Below are positions 39,811 to 48,827 of a stretch of DNA of 64,000 nucleotides, piece after piece; within the stretch, counting starts at the first letter, position 1; the number at the start of each line of letters is the position of its first letter. The stretch is from an uncultured Desulfospira sp. (lineage in GTDB: Bacteria > Desulfobacterota > Desulfobacteria > Desulfobacterales > Desulfobacteraceae): assembly GCA_963663165.1 (NCBI GenBank), contig OY760175.1, positions 3,296,001-3,360,000 on the forward strand. Reading direction: 5' to 3'. A model generated the notes under the pieces. That model saw nothing but the letters and a program-made list of their open reading frames with translations. It did not search any database and was not told the origin of the DNA. Both the position numbers and the translations under genes were made by a program.

Positions 39811-41307
39811 TTAGTGTTGAAATTTCAGGGATCGGTCTGAAGAAATTTTATACTTTTTGAGAATTCTTTCGTTGGATTCTTCTACCGCGGTTTTGTTTAA
39901 AACGATTTTAAAGCCTCGGATATCTTCAATCACATGATAATCCTCATCCCACTGCTCAAAAGCCCTTATCAAATCCTCAAGGGTGGCGATGGGCTGCCCG
40001 TTGACCTTTGAAATGATGCCGTTGATAAATTCATGATATCCGATATTGACATCATCGGGCAGGACCTGGGCCAGCATTACGATATCTTTCTGGCGTTTGC
40101 TGGGGACGCCGTTATAAAACAGGTTTAACAGTTCGGTGGGGGCATTTAAATAGAAGTCCCCGTCACCGCTGCCGTATTCGTAAAGGTAATTCATGGACAG
40201 TGCCTCAAACACCAGGCCGCCGATAATATAAAATTCCGGTTCTGTTTCGTATTGCCGGTAAGGAACAAGACGGCAGCAATGAAGGGCTTTGGTTAACGGC
40301 AGTGTGATGGACAGACGTTTTCCCTTTCTAAACACATCAAGAGAAACTGAATCGTTGATCTGCTTTTCCTGGATCACAAAGCCCAGATAGGTTCTTTCCC
40401 CTTTCCTGAATTCAATGGTACCGTCATTGTCAATATCAAAGTCATCAATTTTTAACAGCACATCACTGTCTTCAAGATACCCCAGGGCAGGCGAATTCGG
40501 ATAAATAGCGTTCACCAGAACACCGGTCTGGGTATCGCTCATTTGATAGAATTCCCTCATGTCCTGATTTTCCAGTTTCTGCATGGAGATTCCTAGTTCA
40601 GGAATGCCGTCCAGATGATTGTCGGCAATATCTTCAAGAAAATGGCGCACCACCGGAATGGGGATCATAAAGCCGATATTCTCCGTTTGAGGGCCATAAT
40701 GATTCTGGAAGGCAATGCCCGCAATTTTTCCATCTTTGAAAATAGGCCCCCCGCTGTTCCCATGGTTGAGGGATGCGTCCAGCTGGCAGGCGATCAGGTA
40801 AGATCCGGCATGTTTATAATTTTTATGCTCCACCCGTGAGACCACTCCCTTTGTAATGGAAAGTTTGTCTCCGCCTTCGGGAAACCCATAGGCATAGACC
40901 TCATCCTTAACCTGGGAAAACTCACCGAATTCGATAGGAACAATGCCTTTGAAAAAACCAGGATCATTCACTTTGAGAAGTGCCAGATCACTTTTATGAT
41001 CAATTAGATCAACCACTGCGGTATACCGCTTGGCCTGCCCTGATTTTCTGACCTGTAAAAATGTATTGTCGCAGACCACATGGGCGTTGGTAAGAATTCG
41101 ATTGCCGTCGATGATCACGCCGGACCCATGGCGTGAATTAATGCCTTTCATCTGCCAGGGTTCATGGTAGTTGTACTCATTAAACACCACATAAATTTTG
41201 ACAACGGTATCTTTTTCTCCGGCAAATACTGAGGCGGCGGGAATGGTGCTGCATACCATGAACCATGTCAGAAAAACCCATTTTAATCCGGCCATGGGGT
41301 TATTCAA
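39811..41307 (-). CDS. Deg/HtrA-like trypsin serine protease with PDZ domains, exported
   Basis: TNAHVV, SDLALL, GNSGGP triad; PDZ-like C-terminal half; signal peptide. Confidence 0.92.
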   Translation of the reverse strand: MNNPMAGLKWVFLTWFMVCSTIPAASVFAGEKDTVVKIYVVFNEYNYHEPWQMKGINSRHGSGVIIDGNRILTNAHVVCDNTFLQVRKSGQAKRYTAVVDLIDHKSDLALLKVNDPGFFKGIVPIEFGEFSQVKDEVYAYGFPEGGDKLSITKGVVSRVEHKNYKHAGSYLIACQLDASLNHGNSGGPIFKDGKIAGIAFQNHYGPQTENIGFMIPIPVVRHFLEDIADNHLDGIPELGISMQKLENQDMREFYQMSDTQTGVLVNAIYPNSPALGYLEDSDVLLKIDDFDIDNDGTIEFRKGERTYLGFVIQEKQINDSVSLDVFRKGKRLSITLPLTKALHCCRLVPYRQYETEPEFYIIGGLVFEALSMNYLYEYGSGDGDFYLNAPTELLNLFYNGVPSKRQKDIVMLAQVLPDDVNIGYHEFINGIISKVNGQPIATLEDLIRAFEQWDEDYHVIEDIRGFKIVLNKTAVEESNERILKKYKISSDRSLKFQH

Positions 41308-41596
41308 TCTGGATAAAGGGCTTCTTTAAGTGATTAATAAAGATGACGGATTCATGTTCTGATTTGATCAGTCGGCTGTATACGGTTTTTGTCTCGCCGG
41401 TGGCGGTATCAATTACAAATGCGCCCACCAGAGCGCCGCCGTCCACAGGGGCCGTGGCCCACGACTGGAGTTGAAACCGTCCGTAATGGGGTGGCGGCGG
41501 CGAGTTTACCGCACCAAGAAAAAGGATGCCAAGCACCGTCAGACCAATCCCAAGCATAAAATATTGAGCCGGTTTGTTAAAATTAGGGAATTTCAT
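41300..41596 (-). CDS. Small membrane-anchored hypothetical protein
   Basis: One TM segment; RBS AGGAAGG; overlaps the protease start. Confidence 0.65.
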   Translation of the reverse strand: MKFPNFNKPAQYFMLGIGLTVLGILFLGAVNSPPPPHYGRFQLQSWATAPVDGGALVGAFVIDTATGETKTVYSRLIKSEHESVIFINHLKKPFIQIE

Positions 41597-41621
41597 GGAA
41601 CCTTCCTAAAAAAAATATCCA

Positions 41622-42356
41622 TTATTTCTTTGCCTTTGCAAAATCATCTTTAGAGGCACCGAAACCCTGGACTTCAATCACAGCATCGGGAATGCCAAGG
41701 TCTTTTCCAAGGATATTGGTGGCGTCAGCCACATTAAGCACCATGTTCACGAAGGCATCTCCGTTTTCTTCCCATCCGTAATCAGAGACTTCTGCAAGGT
41801 ACAATGTTGCCAGCAGTTTGGTTTTGACAATATCGGATTTGAGCAGATAGTTATCAACGCTTGTTTTGGATTCAACCTGCATACCGACCAGTCGTTTGCC
41901 AAGTTCCTTGTAAGCGTCAATTTCCGCCGCCCTTAGTGCGGCAACGGCCCCGGCATTTTTCTGGGTTGAAGTCCCGTACCCGACACGCCTGAACACCTTA
42001 TTTCCCAGATTCATCTGTTCGCCGTCAATATTTTCCATGGACGAAAGTTGGACACAGGCTTCAACTTTGGCAATATCTTTTTTGGAATCATAAACGATAT
42101 TGGTATACTGTATATTTTTTATGAATCCTTCGGTTTTGGTTTCGGTCGTGCTTTGATAATTGGCTGCAATCATGTTTTCTACAGACTCAGTCGCCCTGAT
42201 TTTAAGTCCGTATATGGACTCCACCAAAGAACGGGATGCGACCGCTTTGGCGGCCATGATGCTCATCAGTCTCTTATTTCCCGCCAGGGCAGGCGAAAAA
42301 CAGCCGGATACCAGAACCGATACGATCAGCATCGTTATTGTCTTTTTTTTCATCAT
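41622..42356 (-). CDS. LPP20/FlgP-like exported protein (two LPP20-like units)
   Basis: AAKAVASRSLVESIYGLKI and ALRAAEIDAYKELGKRLVGMQVES; VLVSGC possible lipobox. Confidence 0.7.
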   Translation of the reverse strand: MMKKKTITMLIVSVLVSGCFSPALAGNKRLMSIMAAKAVASRSLVESIYGLKIRATESVENMIAANYQSTTETKTEGFIKNIQYTNIVYDSKKDIAKVEACVQLSSMENIDGEQMNLGNKVFRRVGYGTSTQKNAGAVAALRAAEIDAYKELGKRLVGMQVESKTSVDNYLLKSDIVKTKLLATLYLAEVSDYGWEENGDAFVNMVLNVADATNILGKDLGIPDAVIEVQGFGASKDDFAKAKK

Positions 42357-42394
42357 GAATGACTCCGCCTTCACTTAAATTGGTTACGCAATGG

Positions 42395-42682
42395 TTATGG
42401 GTTTTTCTTTTCTATATCCTCTGTTCTCGGTCCCGTTTCGATGGTTTTTTCTATAATTTTAACTTTGGGGCCGTTTTCCCCTTCTTTCACATGGGCTTTG
42501 TATTCAATGGTCCCATATTGGGGAATATCAGGAAATTCTTTAATAATATCCTTATTGAGCTGGTCTATATCTTCCACCCGTTGTTCAACATGTTCTTTGT
42601 TGCCGGCCCAAAGCGTCATGGAAAAAGGGCCGGTAGCCAGAACAAAAATCAGGGCCATGATAAATGAGCGATATTTTCCCAT
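42395..42682 (-). CDS. Small secreted hypothetical protein
   Basis: Signal peptide MGKYRSFIMALIFVLATGPFSMTLWA; starts 5 bp after the upstream stop. Confidence 0.65.
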   Translation of the reverse strand: MGKYRSFIMALIFVLATGPFSMTLWAGNKEHVEQRVEDIDQLNKDIIKEFPDIPQYGTIEYKAHVKEGENGPKVKIIEKTIETGPRTEDIEKKNP

Positions 42683-42686
42683 GGAT

Positions 42687-44039
42687 TTACCATTCGTCAT
42701 CGCTGAGCATTCTTCCAATACCGGCTCCCGCTTTGATTGCCGGCTTGGGCTGGCTCTTGCTTCCAGGGGATGGCGCACTGGCCGCCGGTGGCGGTGGCTG
42801 GCTTTTGCTGGATGAAGAATAGGCTGGCGCACTGGTGGAGGCGGCCGCGGCACTGGTTGCTGATGGTGCCGGAGGACTTGATTCTACCGGCTGTTGAACC
42901 GTTCCGCCCGCCAGAAGATTGTTCAACTGATATCGCCGTGACAGGGCGGCTTCAGTGATGGGGATTTTTTCATATATGGTCATGAACGTCTTAAAATCAA
43001 CCGTACCCGATGCCGGTGAAAAAGAGGAAGAAATGGATTGAAAGGCCTTGATGGTGGCGGCATCAAGCTGGCCGCTCAAGGGCACGTTATGCCCGTATAA
43101 ATAGGCCCACTGCTGGGCCGCCATGATCTGCTCTGCCGGATTGATGCTGTGGTAATACCGTTTAATCTGCCTGACAACAACCGAATCCGGGGTGGTATCC
43201 TCTCCTAAAAGTGTCCAGTAGGGAAGTGCCAGGTACTTTCCAACCATCTGGATCATGCTGACTTCCACGAGCACCCGGACGGCGGCATGCCGGCCCTGGA
43301 CCTTTTTAACTGACCCCTTTGATCCAAAGGTAGGGCCAAACAGGGTGATGCCGAACTCTTTTTCCTGAAGCGCTTTGCGGACCTCCATACTGTTGATGGT
43401 GTTCATCCGGGGGATGCCAGCCATGGTTTTAAAATCCAGCATGTTAAAATCCAGGGTAATTCTGGCCAGTCCCTGTTTTTCGCTGTCACTGTAATTCAGG
43501 CCCACAGACCCGCTCGGGGTAAAGCTAGGGGCGTTGCTGAAGGTGGCATCCACGCCAAGATCCGTCCCCTCTCCTCTGGTTTCAAGGCCCCGGTCAAATT
43601 CCGTGATCCCCCCGCTGATCACCACCTCGGGAATCAGTTTATCTGAGAAGTCCGAATACCCTGTCACGTTCATGTTCTGGATATAGGCAGGATCGTAGGG
43701 GATATACCGGATATTGCCGCCGATGGAGTTCAGGGCGCTTTTCAGTATTTCTGTAATATCCCGGGGGATTTCCCCCCCTGTTGCCCCGGATGTTCCCGTG
43801 TTGTCCCCGATGGGGTCACTTTGTATTTTCAGCTCTCCCGTATCAAAAATTTCGGTCATCAAACCCAGATCAATCAACGTTTCTGTGTAAGATGTCATTT
43901 TGACTTCAGGACTTGATTCCTCCAATTGGACATTCACTTTGGTTGGCGAAGAGACGCACCCGCTCATTGTTATGCTGATAAATACGACGCATAGTCCTAT
44001 TATCAGCCGCCCTTCCAGCCTTCTAAATCCTTTCATCAT
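42687..44039 (-). CDS. CsgG/HfaB-like outer-membrane lipoprotein with peptidoglycan-binding-like segment and Ser/Pro/Ala linker
   Basis: Lipobox MSGC; IGDNTG, EILKSAL, VISGGITEFD, RITLDFNMLD; SGQLDAATIKAFQ. Confidence 0.7.
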   Translation of the reverse strand: MMKGFRRLEGRLIIGLCVVFISITMSGCVSSPTKVNVQLEESSPEVKMTSYTETLIDLGLMTEIFDTGELKIQSDPIGDNTGTSGATGGEIPRDITEILKSALNSIGGNIRYIPYDPAYIQNMNVTGYSDFSDKLIPEVVISGGITEFDRGLETRGEGTDLGVDATFSNAPSFTPSGSVGLNYSDSEKQGLARITLDFNMLDFKTMAGIPRMNTINSMEVRKALQEKEFGITLFGPTFGSKGSVKKVQGRHAAVRVLVEVSMIQMVGKYLALPYWTLLGEDTTPDSVVVRQIKRYYHSINPAEQIMAAQQWAYLYGHNVPLSGQLDAATIKAFQSISSSFSPASGTVDFKTFMTIYEKIPITEAALSRRYQLNNLLAGGTVQQPVESSPPAPSATSAAAASTSAPAYSSSSKSQPPPPAASAPSPGSKSQPKPAIKAGAGIGRMLSDDEW

Positions 44040-44166
44040 AATTCGCTCCTCAGTCCGACCTTGTTTTAATTGTAATATTGAGGTTTTTCACTAGAACCCA
44101 GACCAGCTATTGTGTTTCGCAAGGGTGTCCCAGGCTGAAATAACAAATGACCCGTTCATAAGAAGC

Positions 44167-44502
44167 CTAATCGGCAACCAGGGTTTTATTCCCCTTACTG
44201 TCGTCAATAATGATAATGTCACCCTTGACGGTACTGCCGGCCCCCATGACAACACTGTTCATGTTTGCGGATTCTGCGCTGCTGCTACCGGTCATGGAAT
44301 CTGCGTTGGTTTGGGCTTTGCTGCGGGCATTCATCTTAATGAAAGTGACGTTTCTATCCTTTTTCCCCAACTCGTCGTATTTTTGAATGGAGTCGTCTGT
44401 ATAAGTTGATATCCCGTCATCAAGATCCCCACTGACAGCAACAACCGGTGCCAGGAATTGAAGCAGGCAAAAAAACATGATTAAAATTTTGATGGATTTC
44501 AT
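44167..44502 (-). CDS. Small secreted protein with one degenerate copy of the 36-aa repeat (candidate minor/nucleator subunit)
   Basis: Signal peptide MKSIKILIMFF...; SANMNSVVMGAGSTVKGDIII vs TANMGSVNVKDSNVKGAVIN; RBS GGGAGG. Confidence 0.75.
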   Translation of the reverse strand: MKSIKILIMFFCLLQFLAPVVAVSGDLDDGISTYTDDSIQKYDELGKKDRNVTFIKMNARSKAQTNADSMTGSSSAESANMNSVVMGAGSTVKGDIIIIDDSKGNKTLVAD

Positions 44503-44522
44503 TTCAAAATCCTCCCTTATTT

Positions 44523-44612
44523 TATAAGAAAGTCCCACTAACAACTTAAAAAGACTTTCAATATCTATTGCGGACGCTGCTTGGTTGAATAACCACGGCG
44601 GCCCGTGGCCGT
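44523..44612. repeat. 90-bp structured intergenic repeat, single copy
   Basis: TATAAGAAAGTCCCAC...GCCCGTGGCCGT; aligns with the copies at 54181 and 61194. Confidence 0.85.
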
Positions 44613-44801
44613 TATAAACTATCAACGGTAGGCCTGTGACTCACCGTTGAACTGCAGGTATCAAGCCACAGGCCCTGAACTCAAGAAAACGGCCCCAGGG
44701 CAAACAAGCCATAACAGGATTCAGCAGAAAGGCGGTACAAAAACCGATCTGCTGAACCCCTGAATGCTGCTGCCCTGATAATCCGTACAAGTCTGCGCTA
44801 A

Positions 44802-45626
44802 CTATTTGATATCCACAGACCCCATGTTGGCGGTGTTGCCTTTGCCACCGGCAATGTTGGCCGCATTTTCAACATTGGACTGATTGATGACCGCCCCTTT
44901 GACATTGGAATCCTTGACACTGACGGATCCCATGTTGGCGGTATTGTCCTGTCCAACAGCAATGTTGGCCGCATTTTTAACATTGGACTGATTGATGACC
45001 GCCCCTTTGACATTGGATCCCTGGACATTGACAGATCCCATGTTGGCGGTATTGCCCTGGCCTGCGGCAATGTTGGCGGCGTTTTTAACATTGGACTGAT
45101 TGATGACCGCCCCTTTGACATTGGAATCCTTGACATTGACAGACCCCATGTTGGCGGTATTGCCCTGGCCTGCAGCAATGTTGGCCGCATTTTGGACATT
45201 GGATTTATTGATGACCGCGCCCTTGACATTGGATCCCTCGACATTGGTAGACCCCATGTTGGCGGTATTGCCCTGGCCTGCAGCAATGTTGGCCGCATTT
45301 TTAACATTAGACTGATTGATGACCGCCCCTTTGACATTGGAATCCTTGACATTGACAGACCCCATATTGGCCGCATTGTCCTTTCCAGCAGCGATGTTGG
45401 CGGCATTTTCAACATTGGACTTGTTGATTACGGCGCCCTTGACATTGGAGTCCTTAATTTTTACAGATCCCATGTTGGCGGTGTTGTTATCTCCCACAGA
45501 AATGTTGGCGGCATTTTTAACGTCGGATTTGTTGATAACAGCGCCTTTGACATTGGATTCCGCCAGTAAAGTACCCGGCAGCATGACAAACAACGCGATT
45601 AATGACAGTGCAAAAACGTTTTTCAT
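44802..45626 (-). CDS. Secreted repeat protein, 7 x 36 aa (candidate functional amyloid / beta-solenoid fibre subunit)
   Basis: Sec signal (~22 aa), then seven tandem SNVKGAVINQSNVKNAANIAAGQGNTANMGSVNVKD-type repeats (108-bp period); RBS AAGGAG. Confidence 0.9.
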   Translation of the reverse strand: MKNVFALSLIALFVMLPGTLLAESNVKGAVINKSDVKNAANISVGDNNTANMGSVKIKDSNVKGAVINKSNVENAANIAAGKDNAANMGSVNVKDSNVKGAVINQSNVKNAANIAAGQGNTANMGSTNVEGSNVKGAVINKSNVQNAANIAAGQGNTANMGSVNVKDSNVKGAVINQSNVKNAANIAAGQGNTANMGSVNVQGSNVKGAVINQSNVKNAANIAVGQDNTANMGSVSVKDSNVKGAVINQSNVENAANIAGGKGNTANMGSVDIK

Positions 45627-46044
45627 GATTCTGATCTCCTTTAATTATTAATTGTGGCCGGTATCGGCCTTTTTCAGTCTTGCAATAAAAAATCAATCCA
45701 CCTTCAATATTTATCTGCATCCTGAAAATCGTCTCTATAATCTCCAATTCACAATCAACGTCTTGATAAATATTTAATATTCAGTTGCTTTCCCCTGATG
45801 GTGTCTGTATGCTTTATACAATCAAGCTCACGGCAACCCAAAATCAATAAAAAAAAACGAACGAGGACAAATTAAAAAACAGCTATGCATCCCAAACGAT
45901 CATCGTTTCGCTCAAAAAAAATTTTCATAATTACATAATGATCATCCTAAATAATTCATAAGCGAATGTAAATAAAAAAAGGATAAATTGTGAATAAATT
46001 GTGAATAAAAAATAGATAAACTAGGGACAAAATATGGAGATAAA

Positions 46045-46782
46045 ATGAAATACCGAATTAAAAACAGAGTGTTGCTCATTTTACAGCTTATTTTTATCAG
46101 CAGTCCGGTATGGTTTCCGGTTGCTGCATCCGGCGCCCAAGCGCTTGAGAACTCAACAGGATATCAACTTAGCAGCACCAACCTGGTCCGTACAGATTGT
46201 CTTCAGGGCAACGGAATCCTTAAAAAAGAGAATAGAACCCCCGGTCCGTTCAACAAGGTACACATCAGCGGTGTTTTCAATGTTAAGATCATGCAGCAGG
46301 CCGACCCTTTTTTTGAAATATCCGCAGACGCCAACCTGATTTCAAACATCGAGACCCGTGTTATTGATGGCCAGCTGCAGATTTCTTCAAAAGGCTCTCT
46401 TTGCCCCAAACTGCCCGTCAAAATACAGATCGGTCTGCCCGAACTTGTGGCGCTGCAAGGTGTGGGTGCTGATGATATCAGCGTTTCAAATTTGGATAAT
46501 CAGCAGTTTTCAATCCAGATGGATGGCAGCGGCGATATCAGGGTGACGGGCCGCACCAGAGAATTTCAGGTCATGATGGATGGCGCAGGCAACCTTGATG
46601 CGGGCCAATTCAAGGCCGGCAACGTCTCTATCCGCTCTTCAGGTGCCGGGGATGCACAGATTTTTGCAATAGAAAAAATAGACGCTTATATAGACGGGGC
46701 CGGGGATATCTCACTCCATGGGCAGCCTGAAAAAGTGATTTTCAACTCAGATGGGGTAGGAGAATTAATCCGGGCGGATTAA
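46045..46782 (+). CDS. Exported GIN/DUF2807-like beta-helix (adhesin-head) protein
   Basis: GNGILKKENR, ISADANLI...IETRV, repeated GSGDI/GAGNL/GAGDA/GAGDI. Confidence 0.85.
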   Translation: MKYRIKNRVLLILQLIFISSPVWFPVAASGAQALENSTGYQLSSTNLVRTDCLQGNGILKKENRTPGPFNKVHISGVFNVKIMQQADPFFEISADANLISNIETRVIDGQLQISSKGSLCPKLPVKIQIGLPELVALQGVGADDISVSNLDNQQFSIQMDGSGDIRVTGRTREFQVMMDGAGNLDAGQFKAGNVSIRSSGAGDAQIFAIEKIDAYIDGAGDISLHGQPEKVIFNSDGVGELIRAD

Positions 46783-46849
46783 AATTATGGGTTATGGCCC
46801 CTTTTCCAGGATACAAAGATCCTCCAAAAGGGGCCATAGACTTGGATCA

Positions 46850-47773
46850 TCAGGGAATCATCCAGATGCTGAATTTTCTGGAGCTGTAGATGATTTTCCG
46901 GGGGATCCGGCCCAGGTCAAAGTTCTCAACCTCTGACCGGCCTTTCCGGCCCATGACCAGGGTATCACACTCCGCTTTCCGGGCCGTGTCCAGAACTGCG
47001 GCGGCCCGGCTTGAGGCGCCCTCAATCAGCCGGGTTTCGATCCGGTCTTCGGAAATGCCCGCCTCAACCAGGACGTCTTTTGACGCTGCCAGAGCCTGTT
47101 CCAGCCTGGAATAGGCCTGGTTGGACATCTCGGCAAAGGGGTCGTCCGTACCGGTAGGTTTGGCGGCCCGCATGACCGCACACAGAAGAATCCGGCAGTC
47201 GAATTTTCCCATGATGCCGGCGGTGAACCGGACGGCCCGCATACTCCCATCGGACCCGTCAACGGCAATACACAGATAATGCTTGATTTCCCGGGTTCCG
47301 GCTACAATCAAAGGAATGGAATCCTGCTTTTCCACAAGTTTTGCCGCCACGCTGCCCATGGTGACCCCGAGGATGGAGTTTTCGGTTCCCCTTCTCCTTA
47401 TGACAAGGGCCTCGTATTCACCGCTTTGGACCTCTTTGAGAATGCCTCTGGTAATTCCCTGGACACACCGCTCAAGCTTGACCTCAATACCGCCGGACTC
47501 AAACCCGGCGGAAATAAGTGCCTTGCGGGTGTTCTCCATGAAATCTGCCATCATTTTCTTCTGGCCCATTTCCCATGCTTTGACCTGGGATACGGCCACT
47601 TTGCTGAAGGCATTACGGCTTAAGTCGTAATAGGTTTCAGGCACCGGCGTGGTTATGTTGAACAGGGTCAGGTGTTTTTCTTTAAACGGTTTGAAGCTGC
47701 AAAGGTAATCAATGGTTCTTTCCGCTCGTTTTGACCCGTCAAGGGTGACCAGTATCTTTTTATCCTCCGACAT
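46850..47773 (-). CDS. Universal stress protein, tandem Usp domains
   Basis: KILVTLDGS...MGSVAAKL; IAVDGS...LVMGRKG. Confidence 0.9.
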   Translation of the reverse strand: MSEDKKILVTLDGSKRAERTIDYLCSFKPFKEKHLTLFNITTPVPETYYDLSRNAFSKVAVSQVKAWEMGQKKMMADFMENTRKALISAGFESGGIEVKLERCVQGITRGILKEVQSGEYEALVIRRRGTENSILGVTMGSVAAKLVEKQDSIPLIVAGTREIKHYLCIAVDGSDGSMRAVRFTAGIMGKFDCRILLCAVMRAAKPTGTDDPFAEMSNQAYSRLEQALAASKDVLVEAGISEDRIETRLIEGASSRAAAVLDTARKAECDTLVMGRKGRSEVENFDLGRIPRKIIYSSRKFSIWMIP

Positions 47774-47804
47774 AAAACCTCCTTTGATGTAGTTGTAAGC
47801 CGAG

Positions 47805-48728
47805 TTACCGGCTGCTCATTAATCGTTTGGGCAAGATGCATTTTCCCATTTCAAAAAACAGGTCCTGTTCTCTGATGACGCCGACAGGGCGGTCGTCTTT
47901 GGTTACAATAAGCCGGCGCTGGTCCTGGTCCACCATGATCCAGACCGCTTCCATGAGCGTGGCCGTGGCGTCAATGGATGTGGGCACGGGAGACATAACC
48001 TCGCTGATGGTCAAGTCACGGATATGCTCAACGCCCTGTGTGAACATGCCCTTCCAGAACATGGGAGAGTACTGAATGGAATCGGCCGTGGCCGGCTTGG
48101 GTGAGTTAAGGTATCCGGGCAGGATCAGTTCAAGCAGGTCCCGGATGGTCAGAATCCCCTGGATCTGCATTTTTTTGTCCATAACCAGCACAGACCGGTG
48201 GCCGGTCTCCATGATCTGGTCCGTGGCCGTGAGGGTGAGAAAGGAGGTTTTAAGCTCCCCTACCGCCTGGGCGATGGTGGCGTCCTCGTTTATGGTGGTA
48301 TAGGCTCCCAAAGGAATCATCACCGACTCCACCAAAGCCTCTTCGGCCCTGCCGGCATGTTTTTTACTCCGGCAGGCCTCACGGATCTTGTCGGACAACA
48401 GATCAATATCACAGGGTTTGGCCAGGTAATCAAAGGCGCCTAAGGCCAAGGCCTGTTCCGCAGAATCCTTGTCTCCATGGCCTGTGAGCATGATCACGGG
48501 CAGATCGGGCTTCATTTTTAACATTTTTTCCAGCACCTCGTGCCCGTCCATGCCGGGCATCCGAATATCCAGAATGACCACGTCCGGAGACTGTTCCAGC
48601 TGGATTAAGGCATCGGCTCCGTTTTCAGCCAGAATGGTTGCAAAACCGTTTCGTTCCAGAATTTTCCGTGTTGTTTCCCTGAACCGCTTTTCATCATCAA
48701 CCATTAATACTTTGATGGAATCTGTCAT
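47805..48728 (-). CDS. Response regulator with C-terminal CBS pair
   Basis: REC motifs; GILTIRDL and VGVIREQDL CBS motifs. Confidence 0.9.
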   Translation of the reverse strand: MTDSIKVLMVDDEKRFRETTRKILERNGFATILAENGADALIQLEQSPDVVILDIRMPGMDGHEVLEKMLKMKPDLPVIMLTGHGDKDSAEQALALGAFDYLAKPCDIDLLSDKIREACRSKKHAGRAEEALVESVMIPLGAYTTINEDATIAQAVGELKTSFLTLTATDQIMETGHRSVLVMDKKMQIQGILTIRDLLELILPGYLNSPKPATADSIQYSPMFWKGMFTQGVEHIRDLTISEVMSPVPTSIDATATLMEAVWIMVDQDQRRLIVTKDDRPVGVIREQDLFFEMGKCILPKRLMSSR

Positions 48729-48827
48729 GTTATATACTCCTATTTAAATTTATTTGAAAGCTGTTAATTGTCAGCCCCCCTGATCAGATGACCGCTTTCG
48801 GTATGTGCTGCGGACTGCGGCGGCCGT

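Noticed and set aside
44798..45415. Alternative-frame repetitive ORF (MSKGRSSI... repeats) and antisense ORFs over the repeat gene
   Set aside because: Shadows of the 108-bp repeats; only the 44802-45626 frame has an RBS and a signal peptide
44802..45626. Naming the repeat gene csgA or fapC
   Set aside because: Repeat length differs from curlin, the Fap QQ motif and linkers are absent, and no FapF/CsgE/CsgF is recognised, so it is left unnamed
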